A DNA stretch of 64,000 nucleotides from a bacterium. Its GTDB lineage: Bacteria; Krumholzibacteriota; Krumholzibacteriia; G020349025. Position 1 is the stretch's first letter, and each line of letters opens with the position of its first letter. The position numbers were made by a program, and so were the translations under genes. This document shows, piece by piece, positions 35,460-45,137 of this stretch. Under the pieces are notes generated by a model, which worked only from the letters and a program-made list of their open reading frames with translations, did not search any database and was not told the origin of the DNA. The stretch is taken from NCBI GenBank assembly GCA_031362565.1, contig JANLSU010000014.1, positions 60,578 through 124,577 of the forward strand. The letters are read 5' to 3'.

Positions 35460-36601
35460 GCCGACGCCCGCCGGTGCATTGCGGCACCTTCGGGGGTGCC
35501 GCGCGTCCGCGCAATGAGGGCGTCGAAGGCGCGCGGCCAGTGGCCGAGCGCGTGGACCACGGGGGTGATGATCGCCGGCCGTTCGAGGGCGGCGTGCAGC
35601 AAGGAATCCCAGCGCAAGCGCGCCGCAAATTCGCGCCGCCAAGCGCGTTCATAGGCGAGTTGTGTTGCCGGTGCGGTGCACTCCGCTTGCAAGCAAGTGA
35701 TGGCGTGCTCGGCTGCGAGGCGGCCCGAACGCAACGCCATCGCGATGCCGTCGCCGGACAATGGGTGCGGCGGCGCCGCGGCATCGCCGGCGAGCAGCAC
35801 GCCGCGCCAGAGGGGATGCCGCACCCCGAAGACGAGTTCGCTTTCGCTGGTGCGCGAGGCGGGATCCGGAGTTGTTGCAGCGTACAGTGCCGCAAGACGC
35901 GGCACGCGGGCGGCGATCGCGGCCAGCACACCGGCGGCACCGGCGCCCCGGTGCCGGCGCACGACATCGGCGCGGGCCACCAAGCAAACGTTGAAGCGGG
36001 ATGCGCCGATGGGCGCGACACCGACGTAGCCACCCGGGAAGGCGTCCAGTTGGACTTGCGCGGGACCCGGGATGGCGCCAATGCGGTGCTCTTTGAGGCC
36101 AACGCGCGTGGCGCGGCCGGGGGTGCGTTGCAGATGCTTGCCGAACGCGCCAACGACAACCCGCGCCCGGACCCGGGCGGCCGTGGCGCCCGCGAGTTCG
36201 ACTTCGAAGCCGTGTTGGAAGTCGCCTGTCCAATCGGTGGCGTGGGTTTCGGTGCGCAACTCGGCGCCCTGCGCGACCGCGTTGCGAACGAGCGCGGCAT
36301 CGAGAATGAAACGCGAGATCCCAAACGCGGCTGCGGGCAAAAGCGCATTCGCCATCGCACCGCGCGACACGACCGACGCGCTACGGATCGGCACCGCACC
36401 GAGGCCTTCGAGATCGATGCCCAGGGCTTCGAGATCGGTGCGCGCTTCGGGTGAGACAAACTCACCGCACAAGCGATGGCGCGGCAGCCGGCCGGCTTCG
36501 CAGAGCAACACTCGCGCCCCGGCCTGCGCCAGAACGGTCGCGGCCGCGGCGCCGGCGGGCCCGGCACCAATGACCAGCGCGTCGTACGCCACGGCCGTCA
36601 T
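35456..36601 (-). CDS. FAD-dependent oxidoreductase (geranylgeranyl-reductase/halogenase-like fold)
   Basis: IGAGPAG; PRHRLCGEFVS; GDAA..HPLSGDGIAMA. Confidence 0.82.
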   Translation of the reverse strand: MTAVAYDALVIGAGPAGAAAATVLAQAGARVLLCEAGRLPRHRLCGEFVSPEARTDLEALGIDLEGLGAVPIRSASVVSRGAMANALLPAAAFGISRFILDAALVRNAVAQGAELRTETHATDWTGDFQHGFEVELAGATAARVRARVVVGAFGKHLQRTPGRATRVGLKEHRIGAIPGPAQVQLDAFPGGYVGVAPIGASRFNVCLVARADVVRRHRGAGAAGVLAAIAARVPRLAALYAATTPDPASRTSESELVFGVRHPLWRGVLLAGDAAAPPHPLSGDGIAMALRSGRLAAEHAITCLQAECTAPATQLAYERAWRREFAARLRWDSLLHAALERPAIITPVVHALGHWPRAFDALIARTRGTPEGAAMHRRASA

Positions 36602-37863
36602 CGCCACGGCTCCACCCGCCGCACGACGAGGGCGGCGTTCTTGGAACCAAAGCCGAGGCAATTGCAAAGCGCGGCGCGAATTTCGCCGCTGCGCGCCCGG
36701 CCCGGCACATAGTCCAAATCGCAGTCGGGATCCGGTGTGTCGATGTTGGCGGTGGGCGGCAGAAAGCCACCCCGCATGCCGAGAATTGCCGCCACCACTC
36801 CAGCGGCGCCCGAGGCGCCCTGCGGATGACCGATGAGCGACTTGGTTGCCGACGTGGCGACGCGGCCGGCATGCGGGCCGAGGGCCGCCTTCACGGCGCG
36901 GGTTTCGACGCGATCGTTGAGTGCCGTGCCGGTGCCGTGCAGATTCACATAGTCGATGTCGGCGGGCAGGACGCCCGCATCTTCGAGCGCCAGGCGCATG
37001 GCGCGCGCCGGCTCGGCACCGTCTTCGCGCATTGCGACGCGATGGAACGCTTCGCACGTCGCACCATAGCCGGCGATCTGGGCGAGCGGCAGGCGGCCGC
37101 TCGCACGGACGCGATCTTCGGACTCGACCAGTAGCATCCAGGCGCCTTCACCCAGAACGAAACCATCGCGATCGCCGCTCATCGGGCGCGAGGCCCGCGC
37201 CGCCATCTCGTTCCAATGCGTCGATACCACCCGCAGGCTGCAGAAGCCGGCGAGGATGGCGGGCGTGATGCACGACTCGGCGCCGCCCACCAAGATCGAA
37301 TCGGTGCGGCCGGCGCGGATGAGATCGAGTGCCGCGCCGAGTGCATCGGTCGAACTCGTGCAGCCATTCGAAAGCACGTGGCTCGGGCCGCCGGCACCGA
37401 GCGCAATCGAGACTTCGCTCGCCAGCATGCCGGCGGTCGAACAGGGCACGGCGTACGGGCTCACCGGCCGCGCCTCGCCGCCAAAGAAGGCCGCGTATTG
37501 CCGTTCGGCATACTCGACGCACCCGGCACCGCTGCCGACCAGAACATGCAGTGAACTGCGCCACGCTTCCGGCAACGCCTCGGGGTCGAGCCCGGCGTGC
37601 GTCAACGCTTCGCGCGCCGCGGCGACGGCGAGAGGTACGACGCGCGCGACCCGGCCACGATCGCGTGGTAGGACCCAAGCATCAGGATCAAAATCGGGGA
37701 CTTCAGCCGCGACCCGGCAGGCAAGATGATCGGCGTCGAAAAGTGTCAGTGGGCGCGTCGCGGTGCGGCCCATGCGCAGGCCCGATTCGTAGGCTTCAAG
37801 CCCGAGACCATGCGGACCCACGCACCCCATGCCGGTCACGAAGGCGCGGCGTGAGGCATGCAT
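36598..37863 (-). CDS. Beta-ketoacyl-ACP synthase (FabF-like)
   Basis: Catalytic Cys (NGCTSS), His (LHGTGT), His (KSLIGH); GFGSKN. Confidence 0.88.
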   Translation of the reverse strand: MHASRRAFVTGMGCVGPHGLGLEAYESGLRMGRTATRPLTLFDADHLACRVAAEVPDFDPDAWVLPRDRGRVARVVPLAVAAAREALTHAGLDPEALPEAWRSSLHVLVGSGAGCVEYAERQYAAFFGGEARPVSPYAVPCSTAGMLASEVSIALGAGGPSHVLSNGCTSSTDALGAALDLIRAGRTDSILVGGAESCITPAILAGFCSLRVVSTHWNEMAARASRPMSGDRDGFVLGEGAWMLLVESEDRVRASGRLPLAQIAGYGATCEAFHRVAMREDGAEPARAMRLALEDAGVLPADIDYVNLHGTGTALNDRVETRAVKAALGPHAGRVATSATKSLIGHPQGASGAAGVVAAILGMRGGFLPPTANIDTPDPDCDLDYVPGRARSGEIRAALCNCLGFGSKNAALVVRRVEPWR

Positions 37864-37985
37864 CCGATGGCCCTCCCTCGACCCGAGCCGCGTGATCATA
37901 GGGGTGGGGAAGGCTGAACGCAACGGCACGGAAGTGGACCACACTCCCCGGCGTGTGGCAGGCTGCGTGGTCCTTGGAGGCGCAG

Positions 37986-38660
37986 GTGATCGATCGAACC
38001 GGAGTCATCGCGGTCATTCCGGCCTACGAGGCGGCGCCACACCTCGAGGCGGTGTTGCGCGGCGTGCAGGACTATCTCGAGCCCGCGGCGATCCTGGTGA
38101 TCGACGATGGCTCGCGTGACGCGACCGCCGAGGTGGCGCGCCGTGCCGGCGTGCGCGTCTTACAGCATCCGCGCAATCAGGGCAAGGGTGCGGCGTTGCG
38201 GACTGGATTCGACGCGGCGCGCGCCGCGGGCTTCACGCACGTCCTCACGCTCGATGCCGACGGACAACATCCACCGGCATGCATTCCGCGCTTCCTGGCG
38301 GTACGCGACCAAGCCGAAGTCATCATCGGCTGGCGCCTGCATGATCCGGGCGCCATGCCGGCGGCGCGCCGCATGTCGAACCGCGCCACGGCCGCGATCC
38401 TGTCGGCGCTCGCCGGCCAATCGATCCTGGATGGCCAGTCGGGCTACCGGCTTCTGGCGCTCGCGCCGCTCGAGGGTTTGCGGTTCGGGGCCCGGGGATT
38501 CATGCTCGAATCCGAACTCTTGGTGCGCGCCGCACGTGCCGGCGCGCGCATCGGCCACGTGCCCATCCCTTGCGTGTACGGGACGGAGACGAGTCATATT
38601 CATGCGGCCGAGGACACGGTGCGTTTCCTTTGGCTTGTGGGCCGCAGTTTCTTCTGGTAG
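37986..38660 (+). CDS. Glycosyltransferase family 2 (DPM1-like)
   Basis: VIPAYE, DDGSRD, NQGKGAAL, DADGQH, D.QSGYR. Confidence 0.9.
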   Translation: MIDRTGVIAVIPAYEAAPHLEAVLRGVQDYLEPAAILVIDDGSRDATAEVARRAGVRVLQHPRNQGKGAALRTGFDAARAAGFTHVLTLDADGQHPPACIPRFLAVRDQAEVIIGWRLHDPGAMPAARRMSNRATAAILSALAGQSILDGQSGYRLLALAPLEGLRFGARGFMLESELLVRAARAGARIGHVPIPCVYGTETSHIHAAEDTVRFLWLVGRSFFW

Positions 38661-38688
38661 CGTCCCGCGCCGACGGCGGTGAAATTCT

Positions 38689-39438
38689 TTGCGCATTCTG
38701 CTTTCAAACGATGACGGCATCCGCGCCCCGGGGCTTGCGGCGCTCGAACGCACCCTGGAAGGCTTGGGGCACATCGACGTCGTGGCACCCGATCGCGAAC
38801 GCAGCGCCTCGGGGCATTCGTTGACGCTGACCCAGCCGCTGCGGGTCACCAAACACGACGACCGCCACTGGTCGGTTTCCGGCACGCCGACCGACGCCGT
38901 GCTCTTGGCGCTCGAGAAACTCCTCCCCGCGCGGCCCGACTGGATCGTTTCGGGGATCAACCACGGACCCAACATGGGTGAGGACGTGACGTACTCGGGG
39001 ACGGTCGCGGCCGCCATGGAGGGGGCGATCCTCGGCATCCCGTCGATTGCCGTGTCGATGGCGGCGCGCGGCGAGCTCTTGTTCGAGGAATTGCGGCCGC
39101 CGTTGCGCACGCTCCTCGAACGCCTGATGCAGTATCCGCTGGCGCGCAATCAGCTTCTGAACGTCAATCTGCCCAACGTGCCGACGGCCCAAGTGCGCGG
39201 CGTGCGCGCCACGCGGCTCGGGTCGCGCGTCTATCGCGATGCGGTCGTGGCGCGGCAAGATCCGCAGGGGCGGGACTACTATTGGGTGGGCGGCACCGGG
39301 CCCGACTGGGTCAACGACGAACGCTCGGACGCCTACGCGGTGGCGCACGGATTCATCTCGGTGACGCCGCTGTCGACCGACTTGACGCACTATCAAGCGC
39401 TCGTCGACCTGGAGGCGCACTTCGACCGATGGCAATGA
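38689..39438 (+). CDS. surE: 5'/3'-nucleotidase SurE
   Basis: ILLSNDDG, GTPTD, SGINHG.N, YSGTVAAA. Confidence 0.95.
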   Translation: MRILLSNDDGIRAPGLAALERTLEGLGHIDVVAPDRERSASGHSLTLTQPLRVTKHDDRHWSVSGTPTDAVLLALEKLLPARPDWIVSGINHGPNMGEDVTYSGTVAAAMEGAILGIPSIAVSMAARGELLFEELRPPLRTLLERLMQYPLARNQLLNVNLPNVPTAQVRGVRATRLGSRVYRDAVVARQDPQGRDYYWVGGTGPDWVNDERSDAYAVAHGFISVTPLSTDLTHYQALVDLEAHFDRWQ

Positions 39439-40127
39439 TGGCGGACATCAAGCTGCGGGTCGCACGCCGGCGCATGGTGCAGGAACAGCTCCTGCGGCAT
39501 GGCATTCACGATCGGCGCGTCCTGGACGCCATGAACCAAGTCGCGCGCCACAACTTCGTGGACGATGTCTTCGCGCCGCGCGCCTATGGTCCCAATGCGC
39601 TGCCGATTGGTGGCGGCCAGACGATTTCGCATCCACGCATCGTGGCGCTCATGACCCAAGCGCTGGAGCTTTGCGGCACGGAGCGGGTGCTCGAGATCGG
39701 CACCGGCAGCGGCTACCAAACAGCGGTGCTGTCGCTCCTGGTCGCCGAGGTTTGGAGCTTGGAACGGTTGCCGGCGCTGGCGGCGCGCGCCACCCTACGG
39801 TTGAACGAAATGGGGGCGCGCAATGTGCACCTGCGGGTCGATGCCGGACTCGGTTGGCCGGATGCGGCGCCCTTCGACGCCATCTTGGCGAGCGCCGCGG
39901 CGCCGGAGGTGCCGGGCCGGTTGCTGGCGCAGTTGGCACCCGGGGGACGTGCGGTGCTGCCGGTAGGGCGCGGCGGGCGGCAGCAACTCTTGCTCCTGCA
40001 CCGCCAGGGCGACGAGGTCACGACGCGCAATCTGGGCCCCTGCCGGTTCGTGCCGCTTTTGGGGCCGAACGCTGCGCGCTCGGGCCACGGCCCGTCCGCT
40101 GGACAGGATGCCATCGAGGCCGTATAG
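39435..40127 (+). CDS. pcm: Protein-L-isoaspartate O-methyltransferase
   Basis: [28 protein letters not shown]; follows surE. Confidence 0.93.
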   Translation: MMADIKLRVARRRMVQEQLLRHGIHDRRVLDAMNQVARHNFVDDVFAPRAYGPNALPIGGGQTISHPRIVALMTQALELCGTERVLEIGTGSGYQTAVLSLLVAEVWSLERLPALAARATLRLNEMGARNVHLRVDAGLGWPDAAPFDAILASAAAPEVPGRLLAQLAPGGRAVLPVGRGGRQQLLLLHRQGDEVTTRNLGPCRFVPLLGPNAARSGHGPSAGQDAIEAV

Positions 40128-40191
40128 TGGCCCGCTGGCAGGGTGCGGCGCTTCCGAGCGACGTCCTTCCATCTCAAGGGCTTGGCTGGTT

Positions 40192-40268
<77 letters not shown>

Positions 40269-40308
40269 CTTTTTCTTCGGTTCGAGCCGTGACCCGGATG
40301 GAGACGGC

Positions 40309-40845
40309 ATGCAGGATCGCGAGCGAGTTCTCCGCGAACTGCAGGCCCAAATTCGCGATGTCCCGGATTTCCCGATTCCGGGCATTCTGTTTCGCGACAT
40401 TACGCCGATCTTCCAAGACCCAAAATCCTTCAGGGCTTGCGTCGATCTCTTTGTAGATCACTTCAAGGATATGCGGGTCGAGGTGTTCGCCGGCATCGAG
40501 TCGCGCGGCTTTTTGTTCGCGGCCCCGGTGGCGCTCGCTCTGGGGGCGGGGTTCGTACCGGTGCGCAAGGCCGGTAAACTGCCGGCGGCCAAATTCCAGC
40601 GTACGTACGATCTCGAATACGGCAGCGCCACGATCGAGCTGCACCGCGACGCGGTGCGGCCCGGGCAGCGCGTCGCGCTCCTCGATGATTTGCTCGCAAC
40701 CGGCGGCACCGCCGCAGCCGCCAGTTCGCTCTTGGAAGAAGCCGGCGGCACGATTGTCGACATTGGTTTCCTGATCGAGCTCGATTTCTTGAATGGCCGA
40801 CAGCGCTTGGGCGGCCGGCCCGTCACCAGCTTCATCCACTACTGA
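40309..40845 (+). CDS. apt: Adenine phosphoribosyltransferase
   Basis: [35 protein letters not shown]. Confidence 0.95.
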   Translation: MQDRERVLRELQAQIRDVPDFPIPGILFRDITPIFQDPKSFRACVDLFVDHFKDMRVEVFAGIESRGFLFAAPVALALGAGFVPVRKAGKLPAAKFQRTYDLEYGSATIELHRDAVRPGQRVALLDDLLATGGTAAAASSLLEEAGGTIVDIGFLIELDFLNGRQRLGGRPVTSFIHY

Positions 40846-40861
40846 CACTAAAGGGGCATGC

Positions 40862-43171
40862 ATGGCGACGGCTCTAGCCAGCGGGCAAACAGACGGCGCG
40901 GCGTTCGAGTCCTACATCGCGCCTGAAACTCGCATGCGTGAACTCACGATTCGCTCGGTCGTTCTCGGCACCATTCTGGGCATGGTGTTCGGCGCTTCGT
41001 CGCTTTACTTGGTCTTGAAGGTCGGCTTGACGGTGAGTGCCTCGATTCCGGTGGCGGTCATTTCGATCACCATCTTCCGCGCCGTCTCGAAACTCTTCGG
41101 TGGGTTCGGCGTCAAGGACGCGACCATTCTCGAGAACAACATCGTGCAGACGGCCGGTTCGGCGGGGGAGTCGATCGCCTTCGGGCTGGGCGTCACAATG
41201 CCGGCCATCATGATCTTGGGATTCAATTTGGAGATCACCCGCGCCATGTTGGTGGCGGTGCTCGGCGGACTGCTCGGAATCTTGATGATGATCCCGCTGC
41301 GCCGCGCGCTCATAGTGGCGCAGCACGGCAAGCTCAAGTATCCGGAAGGCACGGCCTGCGCCGAGGTGCTCAAGGCGGGCGCATCGGAGGAGTCGCGCAG
41401 TATGGCGTCGGCGGCTGCCAAGCGCGATGCCATCGCGGCGGCGGCAGCTGGACTGGCCGGCAACACCAGCGCGCGCACGATCTTCGCGGGCTTCGGTTTG
41501 GGACTCGTCTACAAGACGTTGATGAATTCGCTGCATTTCTGGAAGGACACGCCGGAGAAAATCTTCAAGGCACCGTTCAAGGCCGGTTCGGTGTCGGCGG
41601 AAATCTCGCCGGAGCTCTTGGGCGTCGGCTATATCATCGGGCCCAGGATCGCATCGATCATGTGCGCCGGCGGCGTGCTGGCCTATATGCTCTTGATTCC
41701 GCTCATCAAGTTCTTCGGCGAGGGCATGACGGGGCCTCTGGCGCCCGGGACCATCCCAATTTCGGAAATGAGCCCGAATCAAATACGTGGTGCCTACGTG
41801 TTGTATATCGGTGCGGGGGCGGTTGCGGCCGGCGGCATCATCAGCCTGCTGCGCTCCTTGCCGATCATCTGGCACGGCCTCAAGGAAGGGCTGAAGGACG
41901 TCGGCCCGGGCGCCAAGAATGCGGTCAAGAACATGCGGCGCACTGAGAGGGATCTGTCCATGAAGACCGTCGGCATCGGCATCGTGCTGTTGCTGGCGGC
42001 GATCGTTATCGCCCGCCCGTTGCACATGAACTTGCTGGGTGCGATCCTTATCGTGGCGTTCGGGTTCTTGTTCGTGACTGTTTCGTCGCGTCTGACGGGC
42101 GAGATTGGGTCGTCGTCGAATCCGATTTCCGGCATGACGGTGGCGACGCTGTTGCTCACCTGCCTCATTTTTCTGGCCGTCGGCTGGACGGGTGGCGCGT
42201 ACTACGTGACGGCGCTTTCGGTCGGCGCCATCGTCTGTATTGCGGCGTCGAACGGTGGCACGACGTCGCAGGACCTCAAGACTGGGTTCCTGATTGGCGC
42301 GACGCCGCGCTTGCAGCAGATTGCGATTCTGGTCGGGGCACTCGCCTCGGCGCTCGTACTGGGACCCATTCTGCTCAAGCTGAACGACGCCTCGACCACC
42401 TACGTGCCGATTGCCCAAGTCGTACCGAGCGGCCTGCACACGGATGCGCCGCTCAGCGATACGGAGGCGATTCGCGGCGTGCAGGCGGCCAGCGACTCGA
42501 AGAGCTACAAGGTCTGGCACAAGACCGACACCCAAGGCGGCCCGGAAGGCAAGTATTTGGTCGATGAAGCGGGCAACGCCGTCTACTTGGTCGACCCGGG
42601 CATCAACGGCACGCATGACACGCGCCCGGATGGCTCGAAGGTGAAGAAGTTCGATGCGCCCAAGGCGACGCTCATGTCGTACATCATCAAGGGCATCTTG
42701 GATCGCAAGCTGCCGTGGGGCTTGGTCATCTTCGGCGTGATGATTTCGCTCGTGCTCGAACTGTCGGGGATTCCATCGCTGGCATTCGCGGTAGGGGTGT
42801 ATCTGCCGCTTTCGTCGTCGTCGCCCATCTTCCTGGGTGGCGCCGTGCGCTGGCTCGTGGATCGCAAGCGGCGCAAGGAATTGGCGCATGCCAATCTCAC
42901 CGAAGAGCAATTGGCAGCCGAAGGTGACAAGAGCCCCGGCGTTTTGATGGCTTCGGGGTATATCGCTGGCGGGGCGATCGCGGGCATCATCATCGCGTTC
43001 ACGCAGGGTGTGCTCGGCAACTTCGACAGTGACCAGATCAAACGGATGGCGGGCAACCCGTTCTTTGCCGGCGCGCACGCTGATGCGCTCTCGATGCTGC
43101 TGTGCATCATGCTCATGACCTTGCTTTACCTGGTGGGACGCGAGAAGTTGCTCGCGACCCGCCGCCGCTAA
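40862..43171 (+). CDS. OPT-family oligopeptide transporter
   Basis: YLVLKVGLTVSASIP, ENNIVQT, YPEGTACA, SSNPISG, QDLKTG. Confidence 0.92.
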   Translation: MATALASGQTDGAAFESYIAPETRMRELTIRSVVLGTILGMVFGASSLYLVLKVGLTVSASIPVAVISITIFRAVSKLFGGFGVKDATILENNIVQTAGSAGESIAFGLGVTMPAIMILGFNLEITRAMLVAVLGGLLGILMMIPLRRALIVAQHGKLKYPEGTACAEVLKAGASEESRSMASAAAKRDAIAAAAAGLAGNTSARTIFAGFGLGLVYKTLMNSLHFWKDTPEKIFKAPFKAGSVSAEISPELLGVGYIIGPRIASIMCAGGVLAYMLLIPLIKFFGEGMTGPLAPGTIPISEMSPNQIRGAYVLYIGAGAVAAGGIISLLRSLPIIWHGLKEGLKDVGPGAKNAVKNMRRTERDLSMKTVGIGIVLLLAAIVIARPLHMNLLGAILIVAFGFLFVTVSSRLTGEIGSSSNPISGMTVATLLLTCLIFLAVGWTGGAYYVTALSVGAIVCIAASNGGTTSQDLKTGFLIGATPRLQQIAILVGALASALVLGPILLKLNDASTTYVPIAQVVPSGLHTDAPLSDTEAIRGVQAASDSKSYKVWHKTDTQGGPEGKYLVDEAGNAVYLVDPGINGTHDTRPDGSKVKKFDAPKATLMSYIIKGILDRKLPWGLVIFGVMISLVLELSGIPSLAFAVGVYLPLSSSSPIFLGGAVRWLVDRKRRKELAHANLTEEQLAAEGDKSPGVLMASGYIAGGAIAGIIIAFTQGVLGNFDSDQIKRMAGNPFFAGAHADALSMLLCIMLMTLLYLVGREKLLATRRR

Positions 43172-43180
43172 CGCGCCCAC

Positions 43181-43224
43181 AAAAATAGCGGCGCGGCCCT
43201 TTTGGACCGCGCCGCCGTTGATTT
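43181..43224. terminator. Putative bidirectional intrinsic terminator
   Basis: GCGGCGCGG/CCGCGCCGC stem with A/T-rich flanks between convergent genes. Confidence 0.7.
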
Positions 43225-43239
43225 CTACGCTCGCTTCGT

Positions 43240-45078
43240 TCACCAGCCGATGGGCTGCCCTTCGTTTTGTTTGTCGAGCCACACCTTGAGCGGCGCGAAG
43301 TAGTCGAGAATCGCCGTGGCGTCCATTTGGCGCTGGCCGGTCATCGCGTCAAGCGCATCGGGCCACGGCTTGGACAAGCCCATCTCGAGCATCTTCTGGA
43401 GCTTGGCGCCCGCCGCCTTGTTGCCGTAGATCGACTGGCGGTTGAGCGGGCCGGTAGTGCCGGCGGCTTGGCACATGGCGCGGTGGAACTGGAACTGCAG
43501 AATGCGCGCCAGGAAGTAGCGCGTGTACGGCACGTTGGCCGGCACGTGGTACTTCGCACCGGGATCGAAGTCGGCCTCGGTGCGTTCGACCGGCGGCCGG
43601 ATGCCCTGGTACTTCTCGCGCAACCGCCACCACTCGGCATTGGCATTTTCCGGCTTGATCTCGCCCGAGAACACCTTCCAGCGCCATTGGTCGATGACGA
43701 GCCCAAAGGGCAGGAAGGCGATCTTGTCCATGGCCTGCTTCAACAACAGACCGATGTCGCTCGAGGCGTCCGGTTCGGCGTCGATGAGGCCGAGCTGCTT
43801 CAAGTAGCTCGGGGTGATCGATAGCGCGATTGCATCGCCGATCGCCTCGTGGAAGCCGTCGTTCGCACTGTCGCGGTACAGGAAGGGTTGAGTTTCATAG
43901 GCACGCTGGTAGAAGTTATGGCCCAGCTCGTGATGGATGGTGGTGAAATCCTCGCCGGTGATGTCGATGCACATTTTGATGCGCAGATCATGGTCGGCGT
44001 CCACATCCCAGGCGCTTGCGTGGCACACGACGTCGCGATCACGCGGCTTGAGGAATTGCGACCGCTCCCAAAACGTCGCCGGCAGGGGCGGGAAGCCGAG
44101 CGAGACGAAGAAGTTTTCGCCGTACTTCACCATACCGCGCTCGTCGACATGCTTGGCGCGGAGTGCCGCCGTGACGTCGATGGCCGCGTCGGCACCCTTG
44201 GGGGCGACGATCGGGTAGACGTTGCCCCACTCCTGGGCCCACAGATTGCCGAGCAATTGCGCCGGAATCGGACCGTTGGCCGGTACGACATCCGGGCCGT
44301 AGGTGTCGCGCAAGCGCCGGCGCACGTAGGCGTGCAGCGACAGATAGAACGGCTTCACCTGATCCCATAGGCGGTCGAGTTCGGCGGCGAAAGCGTCGGG
44401 CGGCATGTCGTATTTTGAACGCCAGAGTGCTCCCGTGTCCTTGAATCCGAGTTCGCGGGCGCCTTGGTTGGCGATCTGCACATAGCGCATGTAGTCGCTA
44501 CGCATCGGCGCACCGACGGCGTGCCAGCCCACCCATGCATCGCGCAATTCGTTGGCGTCGCGGCTGCCGGCCATGATCTTCTCGATCTCGCCGATGTCCA
44601 GCGTCTCGTCCTTGCCGTCCTTGCCCTTGTGGGTCCATTTGCCTTTGCCGTAGGCGCCTTCCATGCGCGCCGCAATCTGCGTCAACTCGCCGCTCAACTT
44701 CGGATCGGCGGGACCGGGGAGCGTGATCGCCAGCTTGATGAGCATGAGTTTGCGGCGCACGTCCGGCGGCAGGTCGAACTTGTCGTACTTGGCCGCCTGC
44801 TTTGCGAGCTTGACGTTGGCTTCGATGAGGCGCTGGTTGGCGAGGGCCGAGATCTGCTCGGTGTCGTCGGTGATGTAGGTCGCCTTGACCCAGTCGGCGC
44901 GTTGGGCTTCGACGGACAACGTCTTGAGCTGCGCCTCGGCCTGCTCGACGAATTTGGCCGCCTGGTCCGCCATGGAATTCTTGGCTTTGGGACCGTCGAC
45001 CGCGAACGACTGTTGCGGGACCAAAGTGCACGACAAGGCGAGAAGGGCAGGCGCAACCAGTGCGAACCGCCGGACCAT
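43240..45078 (-). CDS. M2-family peptidyl-dipeptidase A (ACE-like)
   Basis: Signal peptide; CHASAWD, HHELGH, GFHEAIGD, FDPGAKYH, YTRYF. Confidence 0.93.
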   Translation of the reverse strand: MVRRFALVAPALLALSCTLVPQQSFAVDGPKAKNSMADQAAKFVEQAEAQLKTLSVEAQRADWVKATYITDDTEQISALANQRLIEANVKLAKQAAKYDKFDLPPDVRRKLMLIKLAITLPGPADPKLSGELTQIAARMEGAYGKGKWTHKGKDGKDETLDIGEIEKIMAGSRDANELRDAWVGWHAVGAPMRSDYMRYVQIANQGARELGFKDTGALWRSKYDMPPDAFAAELDRLWDQVKPFYLSLHAYVRRRLRDTYGPDVVPANGPIPAQLLGNLWAQEWGNVYPIVAPKGADAAIDVTAALRAKHVDERGMVKYGENFFVSLGFPPLPATFWERSQFLKPRDRDVVCHASAWDVDADHDLRIKMCIDITGEDFTTIHHELGHNFYQRAYETQPFLYRDSANDGFHEAIGDAIALSITPSYLKQLGLIDAEPDASSDIGLLLKQAMDKIAFLPFGLVIDQWRWKVFSGEIKPENANAEWWRLREKYQGIRPPVERTEADFDPGAKYHVPANVPYTRYFLARILQFQFHRAMCQAAGTTGPLNRQSIYGNKAAGAKLQKMLEMGLSKPWPDALDAMTGQRQMDATAILDYFAPLKVWLDKQNEGQPIGW

Positions 45079-45137
45079 GCGACGACCTCCTAGGATTCGA
45101 ACGTCACGAGCGCTCCACGCGAGCGCCCCACGATACA

